From UHGV virus genome UHGV-0110285: a stretch of 11,511 bases of DNA. One strand, written 5' to 3'. The stretch comes from a virus. This document shows positions 1 through 6,755 of the stretch, in pieces (positions within the stretch are counted from its first letter, which is position 1; every line of letters starts with the position of its first letter). A program made the translations under genes and the position numbers. The notes beneath the pieces are model-generated. The model did not search any database, was not told the origin of the DNA, and saw nothing but the letters and a program-made list of their open reading frames with translations.

Positions 1-46
1 AGGTTGCTCCGGGCTATGAAATAGAAAAATGAATCCGTTGAAGCCT
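1..46. other. Host chromosomal flank (B arm of attL, gal side of attB-lambda)
   Basis: Sequence left of the core (..GAAGCCTGCTTTTTTATACTAA) matches the recalled bacterial attB arm rather than the phage P arm; the right side of the core continues as the lambda P' arm (AGTTGGCATTATAAAAAAGC..). Confidence 0.7.
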
Positions 47-61
47 GCTTTTTTATACTAA
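47..61. other. attL: Lambda att 15-bp common core (O) GCTTTTTTATACTAA
   Basis: Exact 15-bp lambda att core read directly at 47-61. Confidence 0.95.
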
Positions 62-134
62 GTTGGCATTATAAAAAAGCATTGCTTATCAATTTGTTGC
101 AACGAACAGGTCACTATCAGTCAAAATAAAATCA
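62..134. promoter_or_regulatory. attL P' arm: IHF H' site (TATCAATTTGTTG, about 86-99) and Int arm-type sites P'1/P'2 (AGGTCACTAT CAGTCAAAAT, 108-127)
   Basis: Recognisable IHF consensus WATCAANNNNTTR and tandem arm-type Int sites immediately 3' of int, as in lambda attP/attL. Confidence 0.8.
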
Positions 135-1205
135 TTATTTGATTTCAATTTTGTCCCACTCCCTGCCTCTGTCATCACGATACTGTGATGCCATGGTGTC
201 CGACTTATGCCCGAGAAGATGTTGAGCAAACTTATCGCTTATCTGCTTCTCATAGAGTCTTGCAGACAAACTGCGCAACTCGTGAAAGGTAGGCGGATCC
301 CCTTCGAAGGAAAGACCTGATGCTTTTCGTGCGCGCATAAAATACCTTGATACTGTGCCGGATGAAAGCGGTTCGCGACGAGTAGATGCAATTATGGTTT
401 CTCCGCCAAGAATCTCTTTGCATTTATCAAGTGTTTCCTTCATTGATATTCCGAGAGCATCAACATGCAATGCTGTTGGGATGGCAATTTTTACGCCTGT
501 TTTGCTTTGCTCGACATAAAGATATCCATCTACGATATCAGACCACTTCATTTCGCATAAATCACCAACTCGTTGCCCGGTAACAACAGCCAGTTCCATT
601 GCAAGTCTGAGCCAACATGGTGATGATTCTGCTGCTTGATAAATTTTCAGGTATTCGTCAGCCGTAAGTCTTGATCTCCTTACCTCTGATTTTGCTGCGC
701 GAGTGGCAGCGACAGGGTTTGTTGTTATATGGCCTTCAGCTATTGCCTCTCGGAATGCATCGCTCAGTGTTGATCTGATTAACTTGGCTGACGCCGCCTT
801 GCCCTCGTCTATGTATCCATTGAGCATTGCCGCAATTTCTTTTGTGGTGATGTCTTCAAGTGGAGCATCAGGCAGACCCCTCCTTATTGCTTTAATTTTG
901 CTCATGTAATTTATGAGTGTCTTCTGCTTGATTCCTCTGCTGGCCAGGATTTTTTCGTAGCGATCAAGCCATGAATGTAACGTAACGGAATTATCACTGT
1001 TGATTCTCGCTGTCAGAGGCTTGTGTTTGTGTCCTGAAAATAACTCAATGTTGGCCTGTATGGCTTCAGTGATTGCGATTCGCCTGTCTCTGCCTAATCC
1101 AAACTCTTTACCCGTCCTTGGGTCCCTGTAGCAGTAATATCCATTGTTTCTTATATAAAGGTTAGGGGGTAAATCCCGGCGCTCATGACTTCGCCTTCTT
1201 CCCAT
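135..1205 (-). CDS. int: Lambda integrase Int (tyrosine recombinase), 356 aa
   Basis: ATG-initiated 356-aa ORF MGRRRSHERRDLPPNLYIRNNGYYCYRDPRTGKEFGLG.. recognised as lambda Int; 3' end abuts the P' arm. Confidence 0.97.
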   Translation of the reverse strand: MGRRRSHERRDLPPNLYIRNNGYYCYRDPRTGKEFGLGRDRRIAITEAIQANIELFSGHKHKPLTARINSDNSVTLHSWLDRYEKILASRGIKQKTLINYMSKIKAIRRGLPDAPLEDITTKEIAAMLNGYIDEGKAASAKLIRSTLSDAFREAIAEGHITTNPVAATRAAKSEVRRSRLTADEYLKIYQAAESSPCWLRLAMELAVVTGQRVGDLCEMKWSDIVDGYLYVEQSKTGVKIAIPTALHVDALGISMKETLDKCKEILGGETIIASTRREPLSSGTVSRYFMRARKASGLSFEGDPPTFHELRSLSARLYEKQISDKFAQHLLGHKSDTMASQYRDDRGREWDKIEIK

Positions 1206-1401
1206 TTCTGATCCTCTTCAAAAGGCTACCTGTTACTGGTCGATTTAAGTCAACCTTTACCGCTGATTCGTGGAACAGATACTCTCTTCCATCCTTAACC
1301 GGAGGAGGGAATATCCTGCACTCGCGTACCCATCGACGAACTGTTTCAAGGCTTCTTGGGCGTCGCTGGCGTGCGTTCCATTCCTGAAGTGTCAAGTACA
1401 T
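1183..1401 (-). CDS. xis: Lambda excisionase Xis, 72 aa
   Basis: 72-aa ORF MYLTLQEWNARQRRPRSLETVRRWVRECRIFPPPVKDGREYLF.. ; 23-nt overlap with int start as in lambda. Confidence 0.95.
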   Translation of the reverse strand: MYLTLQEWNARQRRPRSLETVRRWVRECRIFPPPVKDGREYLFHESAVKVDLNRPVTGSLLKRIRNGKKAKS

Positions 1402-1425
1402 CGCAAAGTCTCCGCAATTACACGC

Positions 1426-1450
1426 AAGAAAAAACCGCCATCAGGCGGCT
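1426..1450 (-). terminator. Putative intrinsic terminator on minus strand (hairpin CCGCC-TGAT-GGCGG followed by a T6 run) between orf55 and xis
   Basis: Plus strand reads AAAAAACCGCCATCAGGCGGCTT; the minus-strand RNA would form a GC hairpin followed by UUUUUU. Confidence 0.5.
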
Positions 1451-1608
1451 TGGTGTTCTTTCAGTTCTTCAATTCGAATATTGGTTACGTCTGCATGTGC
1501 TATCTGCGCCCATATCATCCAGTGGTCGTAGCAGTCGTTGATGTTCTCTGCTTCGATAACTCTGTTGAATGGCTCTCCATTCCATTCTCCTGTGACTCGG
1601 AAGTGCAT
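1441..1608 (-). CDS. Small hypothetical protein (lambda orf55-like), 55 aa; absent from the supplied ORF track because it is under 60 aa
   Basis: Manually translated minus-strand ORF MHFRVTGEWNGEPFNRVIEAENINDCYDHWMIWAQIAHADVTNIRIEELKEHQAA with GGAG 8 nt upstream of the ATG and in-frame stops immediately upstream. Confidence 0.55.
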   Translation of the reverse strand: MHFRVTGEWNGEPFNRVIEAENINDCYDHWMIWAQIAHADVTNIRIEELKEHQAA

Positions 1609-1696
1609 TTATCATCTCCATAAAACAAAACCCGCCGTAGCGAGTTCAGATAAAATAAATCCCCGCGAGTGCGAGGATTGTTATGTAATATTGGGT

Positions 1697-1978
1697 TTAA
1701 TCATCTATATGTTTTGTACAGAGAGGGCAAGTATCGTTTCCACCGTACTCGTGATAATAATTTTGCACGGTATCAGTCATTTCTCGCACATTGCAGAATG
1801 GGGATTTGTCTTCATTAGACTTATAAACCTTCATGGAATATTTGTATGCCGACTCTATATCTATACCTTCATCTACATAAACACCTTCGTGATGTCTGCA
1901 TGGAGACAAGACACCGGATCTGCACAACATTGATAACGCCCAATCTTTTTGCTCAGACTCTAACTCATTGATACTCAT
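1697..1978 (-). CDS. ea8.5: Lambda Ea8.5 (small zinc-binding protein, function unknown), 93 aa
   Basis: 93-aa ORF MSINELESEQKDW.. with Cys/His motifs (SPCRHHEG, CPLC); AAGGAG RBS upstream; position between xis and ea22 as in lambda. Confidence 0.85.
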   Translation of the reverse strand: MSINELESEQKDWALSMLCRSGVLSPCRHHEGVYVDEGIDIESAYKYSMKVYKSNEDKSPFCNVREMTDTVQNYYHEYGGNDTCPLCTKHIDD

Positions 1979-2169
1979 TTATAAACTCCTTGCAATGTAT
2001 GTCGTTTCAGCTAAACGGTATCAGCAATGTTTATGTAAAGAAACAGTAAGATAATACTCAACCCGATGTTTGAGTACGGTCATCATCTGACACTACAGAC
2101 TCTGGCATCGCTGTGAAGACGACGCGAAATTCAGCATTTTCACAAGCGTTATCTTTTACAAAACCGATC

Positions 2170-2718
2170 TCACTCTCCTTTGATGCGAATGCCAGCGTCA
2201 GACATCATATGCAGATACTCACCTGCATCCTGAACCCATTGACCTCCAACCCCGTAATAGCGATGCGTAATGATGTCGATAGTTACTAACGGGTCTTGTT
2301 CGATTAACTGCCGCAGAAACTCTTCCAGGTCACCAGTGCAGTGCTTGATAACAGGAGTCTTCCCAGGATGGCGAACAACAAGAAACTGGTTTCCGTCTTC
2401 ACGGACTTCGTTGCTTTCCAGTTTAGCAATACGCTTACTCCCATCCGAGATAACACCTTCGTAATACTCACGCTGCTCGTTGAGTTTTGATTTTGCTGTT
2501 TCAAGCTCAACACGCAGTTTCCCTACTGTTAGCGCAATATCCTCGTTCTCCTGGTCGCGGCGTTTGATGTATTGCTGGTTTCTTTCCCGTTCATCCAGCA
2601 GTTCCAGCACAATCGATGGTGTTACCAATTCATGGAAAAGGTCTGCGTCAAATCCCCAGTCGTCATGCATTGCCTGCTCTGCCGCTTCACGCAGTGCCTG
2701 AGAGTTAATTTCGCTCAC
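2170..2718 (-). CDS. ea22: Lambda Ea22, 182 aa (GTG start overlapping the orf73 stop as GTGA)
   Basis: 182-aa ORF MSEINSQALREAAEQAMHDDWGFDADLF.. ; size and position match lambda Ea22. Confidence 0.85.
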   Translation of the reverse strand: MSEINSQALREAAEQAMHDDWGFDADLFHELVTPSIVLELLDERERNQQYIKRRDQENEDIALTVGKLRVELETAKSKLNEQREYYEGVISDGSKRIAKLESNEVREDGNQFLVVRHPGKTPVIKHCTGDLEEFLRQLIEQDPLVTIDIITHRYYGVGGQWVQDAGEYLHMMSDAGIRIKGE

Positions 2719-2936
2719 TTCGAACCTCTCTGTTTACTGATAAGTTCCAGATCCTCCTGGCAACTTGCACAAGTCCGACAACCCTGAACGACCAGGCGTC
2801 TTCGTTCATCTATCGGATCGCCACACTCACAACAATGAGTGGCAGATATAGCCTGGTGGTTCAGGCGGCGCATTTTTATTGCTGTGTTGCGCTGTAATTC
2901 TTCAATTTCTGATGCTGAATCAATGATGTCTGCCAT
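2715..2936 (-). CDS. TraR/DksA-family C4 zinc-finger protein (lambda orf73-like), 73 aa
   Basis: 73-aa ORF with CCECGDPIDERRR...CRTCASCQ, the four-Cys zinc finger typical of TraR/DksA secondary-channel RNAP binders. Confidence 0.75.
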   Translation of the reverse strand: MADIIDSASEIEELQRNTAIKMRRLNHQAISATHCCECGDPIDERRRLVVQGCRTCASCQEDLELISKQRGSK

Positions 2937-2989
2937 CTTCCATTAATCCCTGAATTGTTGGTTAATACGCTTGAGGGTGAATGCGAATA

Positions 2990-3013
2990 ATAAAAAAGGA
3001 GCCTGTAGCTCCC
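2990..3013 (-). terminator. Putative intrinsic terminator on minus strand (GGGAGC-TACAG-GCTCC hairpin followed by a T6 run) between the orf61 region and orf73
   Basis: Plus strand AAAAAAGGAGCCTGTAGCTCCC; minus-strand RNA would be a hairpin plus UUUUUU. Confidence 0.45.
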
Positions 3014-3034
3014 TGATGATTTTGCTTTTCATGT

Positions 3035-3346
3035 TCATCGTTCCTTAAAGACGCCGTTTAACATGCCGATTGCCAGGCTTAAATGAGTCGGTGTGAATCC
3101 CATCAGCGTTACCGTTTCGCGGTGCTTCTTCAGTACGCTACGGCAAATGTCATCGACGTTTTTATCCGGAAACTGCTGTCTGGCTTTTTTGATTTCAGAA
3201 TTAGCCTGACGGGCAATGCTGCGAAGGGCGTTTTCCTGCTGAGGTGTCATTGAACAAGTCCCATGTCGGCAAGCATAAGCACACAGAATATGAAGCCCGC
3301 TGCCAGAAAAATGCATTCCGTGGTTGTCATACCTGGTCTCTCTCAT
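3035..3346 (-). CDS. Hypothetical protein in the lambda orf61 position; open for 103 codons here
   Basis: ATG start overlaps the orf63 stop by 20 nt (lambda-like arrangement); the frame stays open to 3035. Confidence 0.55.
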   Translation of the reverse strand: MRETRYDNHGMHFSGSGLHILCAYACRHGTCSMTPQQENALRSIARQANSEIKKARQQFPDKNVDDICRSVLKKHRETVTLMGFTPTHLSLAIGMLNGVFKER

Positions 3347-3518
3347 CTGCTTCTGCTTTCGCCACCATCATTTCCAGCTTTTGTGAAAGGGATGCGGCTA
3401 ACGTATGAAATTCTTCGTCTGTTTCTACTGGTATTGGCACAAACCTGACTCCAATTTGAGCGAGGCTATGTGCCATCTCGATACTCGTTCTTAACTCAAC
3501 GGGAGATGCTTTGTGCAT
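3327..3518 (-). CDS. Lambda orf63-like hypothetical protein, 63 aa
   Basis: 63-aa [29 protein letters not shown].. in the expected position and with the expected overlaps. Confidence 0.7.
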   Translation of the reverse strand: MHKASPVELRTSIEMAHSLAQIGVRFVPIPVETDEEFHTLAASLSQKLEMMVAKAEADERDQV

Positions 3519-3673
3519 ACAGCTCCCCGTTTATTATTTATCTCCTCAGCCAGCCGCTGTGCTTTCAGGGGATTTCGGATAACAGAAAGGCCGGGAAATA
3601 CCCAGCCTCGCTTCGTAACGGAGTAGACGAAAGTGATCGTGCCTACGCGGATATTATCGTGAGGATGTTTCAT
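3491..3673 (-). CDS. Lambda orf60a-like hypothetical protein, 60 aa (ATG at 3673 overlapping the exo stop as ATGA; the track ORF starts two codons earlier at 3679)
   Basis: [29 protein letters not shown].. ; translational-coupling overlap with exo. Confidence 0.65.
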   Translation of the reverse strand: MKHPHDNIRVGTITFVYSVTKRGWVFPGLSVIRNPLKAQRLAEEINNKRGAVCTKHLPLS

Positions 3674-4350
3674 CGCCATTGCTCCCCAAATACAAAACCA
3701 ATTTCAGCCAGTGCCTCGTCCATTTTTTCGATGAACTCCGGCACCATCTCGTCAAAACTCGCCATGTAATTTTCATCCCGCTCAACCACGACATAATGCA
3801 GGCCTTCACGCTTCATTCGTGGGTCATAGTTGGCAAAGTACCAGGCATCTTTTCGCGTCACCCACATGCTGTACTGCACCTGGGCCATGTAAGCTGACTT
3901 TATGGCCTCGAAACCACCGAGCCGGAATTTCATGAAATCCCGGGAGGTAAACGGGCATTTCAGTTCAAGGCCGTTGCCGTCACTGCATAAACCATCGGGA
4001 GAGCAGGCGGTGCGCATACTTTCGTCGCGATAGATGATCGGGGATTCAGTAACATTCACGCCGGAAGTAAACTCAAACAGGGCTCTGGCGTCGTTCTCGT
4101 ACTGTTTTCCCCAGGCCAGCGCCTTAGCATTAACTTCCGGAGCCACACCGGTGCAAACCTCAGCCAGCAGGGTGTGGAAGTAGGACATTTTCATGTCAGG
4201 CCACTTCTTTCCTGAGCGGGGCTTTGCTATCACGTTGTGAACTTCTGAAGCGGTGATGACGCCGAGCCGTAATTTGTGCCATGCATCATCCCCCTGTTCG
4301 ACAGCTCTCACGTCGATCCCGGTACGCTGCAGGATAATGTCCGGTGTCAT
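3670..4350 (-). CDS. exo: Lambda exonuclease (Red alpha), 226 aa
   Basis: 226-aa [46 protein letters not shown].. recognised as lambda Exo; ATGA overlap with the bet stop. Confidence 0.96.
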   Translation of the reverse strand: MTPDIILQRTGIDVRAVEQGDDAWHKLRLGVITASEVHNVIAKPRSGKKWPDMKMSYFHTLLAEVCTGVAPEVNAKALAWGKQYENDARALFEFTSGVNVTESPIIYRDESMRTACSPDGLCSDGNGLELKCPFTSRDFMKFRLGGFEAIKSAYMAQVQYSMWVTRKDAWYFANYDPRMKREGLHYVVVERDENYMASFDEMVPEFIEKMDEALAEIGFVFGEQWR

Positions 4351-5132
4351 GCTGCCACCTTCTGCTCAGTGGCTTTCTGTTTCAGGAATCCAAGAGCTTT
4401 CACTGCTTCGGCCTGTGTCAGTTCTGACGATGCGCGAATGTCGCGGCGAAATATCTGGGAACAGAGCGGCAATAAGTCGTCATCCCATGTTTTATCCAGG
4501 GCGATCAGCAGAGTGTTAATCTCCTGCATGGTTTCATCGTTAACCGGAGTGATGTCGCGTTCTGGCTGACGTTCTGCAGTGTATGCAGTATTTTCGACAA
4601 TGCGCTCGGCTTCATCCTTGTCATAGATACCAGCAAATCCGAAGGCCAGACGGGCACACTGAATCATGGCTTTATGCCGTAGCATCCGTTTGGGATGCGA
4701 CTGCCACGGTCCGGTGATTTCTCTGCCTTCGCGGGTTTTGAATGGTTCGCGGCGGCATTCATCCATCCACTCGGTAACGCAGATCGGATGATTACGGTCC
4801 TTGCGGTAAATCCGGCATGTACATGATTCATTGTCCTGCTCAAAGTCCATGCCATCAAACTGCTGGTTTTCATTGATGATACGGGACCAGCCATCAACGC
4901 CCACCACCGGAACGATGCCGTTCTGCTTGTCAGGGAAGGCGTAAATTTCTTTCGTCCACGGATTAAGGCCGTACTGGTTGGCGACGATCAACAATGCGAT
5001 GAACTGCGCATCGCTGGCATCACCTTTAAATGCCGTCTGGCGAAGAGTGGTGATCAGTTCCTGTGGGTCGACAGAATCCATGCCGACGCGTTCAGCCAGC
5101 TTCCCAGCCAGCGTTGCGAGTGCTGTACTCAT
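4347..5132 (-). CDS. bet: Lambda Beta single-strand annealing protein (Red beta), 261 aa
   Basis: 261-aa [62 protein letters not shown].. recognised as lambda Bet. Confidence 0.96.
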   Translation of the reverse strand: MSTALATLAGKLAERVGMDSVDPQELITTLRQTAFKGDASDAQFIALLIVANQYGLNPWTKEIYAFPDKQNGIVPVVGVDGWSRIINENQQFDGMDFEQDNESCTCRIYRKDRNHPICVTEWMDECRREPFKTREGREITGPWQSHPKRMLRHKAMIQCARLAFGFAGIYDKDEAERIVENTAYTAERQPERDITPVNDETMQEINTLLIALDKTWDDDLLPLCSQIFRRDIRASSELTQAEAVKALGFLKQKATEQKVAA

Positions 5133-5137
5133 CCGTT

Positions 5138-5434
5138 TTATACCTCTGAATCAATATCAACCTGGTGGTGAGCAATGGTTTCAACCATGTACCGGATGTG
5201 TTCTGCCATGCGCTCCTGAAACTCAACATCGTCATCAAACGCACGGGTAATGGCTTTTTTGCTGGCCCCGTGGCGTTGTAAATGATCGATGCAGAGTGAT
5301 TCAAACAGGTGCTGGGGCAGGCCTTTTTCCATGTCGTCTGCCAGTTCTGCCTCTTTCTCTTCACGGGCGATCTGCTGGTAGTGACGCGCCCAGCTCTGAG
5401 CCTCAAGACGATCCTGAATGTAATAAGCGTTCAT
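5138..5434 (-). CDS. gam: Lambda Gam (RecBCD inhibitor), short 98-aa form only
   Basis: 98-aa [63 protein letters not shown].. ; an in-frame stop lies 18 codons upstream of the ATG, so the longer 138-aa form is not encoded. Confidence 0.9.
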   Translation of the reverse strand: MNAYYIQDRLEAQSWARHYQQIAREEKEAELADDMEKGLPQHLFESLCIDHLQRHGASKKAITRAFDDDVEFQERMAEHIRYMVETIAHHQVDIDSEV

Positions 5435-5488
5435 GGCTGAACTCCTGAAAATGGCTGTGAAAATATCGCCCGCGAAATGCCAGGCTGA

Positions 5489-5602
5489 TTAGGAAAACAG
5501 GAAAGGGGATTAGTGATTCAGGCCGTTACCGCGTCCGTCGAGAAAAACTTCCACGAGCAAATCACGGGTATCTGGCTGAAAGAGGGGGTTATTAAGGCGT
5601 GA
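5489..5602 (+). pseudogene. 3' remnant of the gene normally upstream of rusA (product unknown), truncated at the gam/nin junction
   Basis: Open frame ..[27 protein letters not shown] ends with a TGA that overlaps the rusA GTG start (GTGA coupling) but has no start codon; its upstream end runs into gam-derived sequence. Confidence 0.4.
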
Positions 5603-5961
5603 ATACCTACAGTATCACATTACCCTGGCCTCCGAGCAATAATCGCTATTACCGCCATAATCGCGGGCGCACGCACATCAGCGCAGAAGGGCAGGCATAC
5701 CGCGATAACGTCACCCGAATCATTAAAAACGCAATGCTGGATATCGGCCTGGCTATGCCAGTGAAAATCCGTATTGAGTGCCACATGCCGGATCGCCGTC
5801 GCCGTGACCTGGATAATCTGCAAAAAGCCGCTTTTGACGCACTCACCAAAGCAGGTTTCTGGCTGGATGATGCTCAGGTCGTTGATTACCGCGTTGTGAA
5901 GATGCCGGTTGTCAAAGGTGGAAAGCTGGAACTGACCATCACTGAACTGGGAGATGAATGA
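5599..5961 (+). CDS. rusA: RusA Holliday-junction resolvase, 120 aa (GTG start)
   Basis: 120-aa [40 protein letters not shown].. recognised as the RusA family found in nin regions of lambdoid prophages (DLP12, phage 82). Confidence 0.9.
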   Translation: MNTYSITLPWPPSNNRYYRHNRGRTHISAEGQAYRDNVTRIIKNAMLDIGLAMPVKIRIECHMPDRRRRDLDNLQKAAFDALTKAGFWLDDAQVVDYRVVKMPVVKGGKLELTITELGDE

Positions 5962-6098
5962 TGTTTGAGTTTTATATGGCAGAACTTCTTCGCCACCGCT
6001 GGATGCGCCTGCGCTTATATCGTTTCCCCAGTTCTGTTTTGACCGATTACCGAATACTGAGGAATTACGCCAAAACCCTGACAGGAGCAGGAGTATGA
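5958..6098 (+). CDS. ylcG: YlcG-like small protein, 46 aa; absent from the supplied ORF track because it is under 60 aa
   Basis: Manually translated [49 protein letters not shown] starting 4 nt before the rusA stop; 46 codons, matching the size and position of DLP12 ylcG between rusA and Q. Confidence 0.55.
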   Translation: MMFEFYMAELLRHRWMRLRLYRFPSSVLTDYRILRNYAKTLTGAGV

Positions 6099-6183
6099 AG
6101 TCAGAGATAACAATCAACTAATACTGTTTTGTTGATTTTTGCTTGTAATTGGCGTTCTGGTCTGATTTTTGTGGAGTAAGTTG

Positions 6184-6567
6184 ATGCGTGATATTCAGAT
6201 GGTTCTTGAGCGTTGGGGAGCGTGGGCGGCTAATAATCATGAAGATGTGACCTGGTCGTCCATTGCCGCCGGTTTTAAGGGATTAATTACTTCAAAAGTA
6301 AAATCTCGCCCGCAATGTTGTGACGATGACGCGATGATTATTTGCGGGTGCATGGCCCGTCTGAAAAAGAACAACAGCGATTTGCACGATTTATTAGTAG
6401 ATTATTATGTAGTCGGTATGACATTCATGTCACTGGCAGGTAAGCATTGCTGCTCTGATGGTTATATCGGGAAAAGGTTACAGAAGGCTGAGGGTATAAT
6501 TGAAGGGATGTTAATGGCATTAGATATCCGGTTAGAGATGGATATCGTTGTTAATAACTCTAATTAA
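6184..6567 (+). CDS. quuD: Late-gene antiterminator Q (QuuD-like, non-lambda Q type), 127 aa from the ATG at 6184 (the track ORF begins at a TTG at 6169)
   Basis: [24 protein letters not shown].. with Cys-rich stretch [16 protein letters not shown]; GGAG 8 nt upstream of the ATG; sits between rusA/ylcG and the lysis genes. Confidence 0.8.
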   Translation: MRDIQMVLERWGAWAANNHEDVTWSSIAAGFKGLITSKVKSRPQCCDDDAMIICGCMARLKKNNSDLHDLLVDYYVVGMTFMSLAGKHCCSDGYIGKRLQKAEGIIEGMLMALDIRLEMDIVVNNSN

Positions 6568-6600
6568 TACGCCAATTATTTACTAAAAGTTATTAAAAAT

Positions 6601-6619
6601 GGGGCGTTGAAACGCCCCC
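6601..6619 (-). terminator. Intrinsic terminator for minus-strand (porin) transcripts: GGGGCGT-TGAA-ACGCCCC followed by AUUUUU on the minus strand
   Basis: Perfect 7-8 bp GC stem read directly; the T-run is on the minus-strand side. Confidence 0.6.
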
Positions 6620-6658
6620 AAAAATAAAGGGTAATATATAACAGAAGGTTTGTATAGT

Positions 6659-6706
6659 TAGAAGCAAGGTTGTGCTTCTAAAGGAAGTGGCTTGAGGGAG
6701 CCACTT
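6659..6706. other. Two back-to-back stem-loops with identical geometry (8-bp stem, 6-nt loop): TAGAAGCA-AGGTTG-TGCTTCTA at 6659-6680 and AAGTGGCT-TGAGGG-AGCCACTT at 6685-6706
   Basis: Perfect inverted repeats read directly; neither has a flanking T-run. Confidence 0.6.
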
Positions 6707-6710
6707 ATAT

Positions 6711-6745
6711 GTTGGGGAGGCAAAGCCTCCCACAACATATCTTTT
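6711..6745 (+). terminator. Intrinsic terminator for plus-strand transcripts leaving Q: GTTG(G)GGGAGGC-AAA-GCCTCCC(A)CAAC followed by UAUCUUUU
   Basis: 11-bp stem with one bulge plus a downstream U-run on the plus strand. Confidence 0.55.
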
Positions 6746-6755
6746 AGTAATCAAA

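Noticed and set aside
386-909. Plus-strand ORFs 386..583 and 703..909
   Set aside because: Both lie entirely antisense within int, have no RBS and no recognisable protein features; treated as chance ORFs.
1270-1933. Plus-strand ORFs 1270..1623, 1356..1541 and 1538..1933
   Set aside because: Antisense to xis, orf55 and ea8.5, which are well-supported lambda genes on the minus strand; low-complexity translations.
2270-2787. ORFs 2270..2464 (+), 2304..2513 (-), 2480..2701 (+) and 2572..2787 (+) inside ea22/orf73
   Set aside because: Overlap the ea22 and orf73 coding frames in alternative or antisense frames; Ser-rich or low-complexity translations typical of spurious frames.
3263-5406. ORFs 3263..3448 (+), 3470..3769 (+), 3679..3897 (+), 4253..4519 (+), 4276..4569 (+), 4664..4897 (-), 4978..5250 (+) and 5092..5406 (-)
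   Set aside because: All overlap orf61/63/60a, exo, bet or gam in wrong frames or antisense; the sense-strand genes are strongly recognised, so these are shadow ORFs.
5620-6117. Minus-strand ORFs 5620..6117 and 5649..5849
   Set aside because: Antisense to rusA and the ylcG-like ORF; no RBS and no recognisable features.
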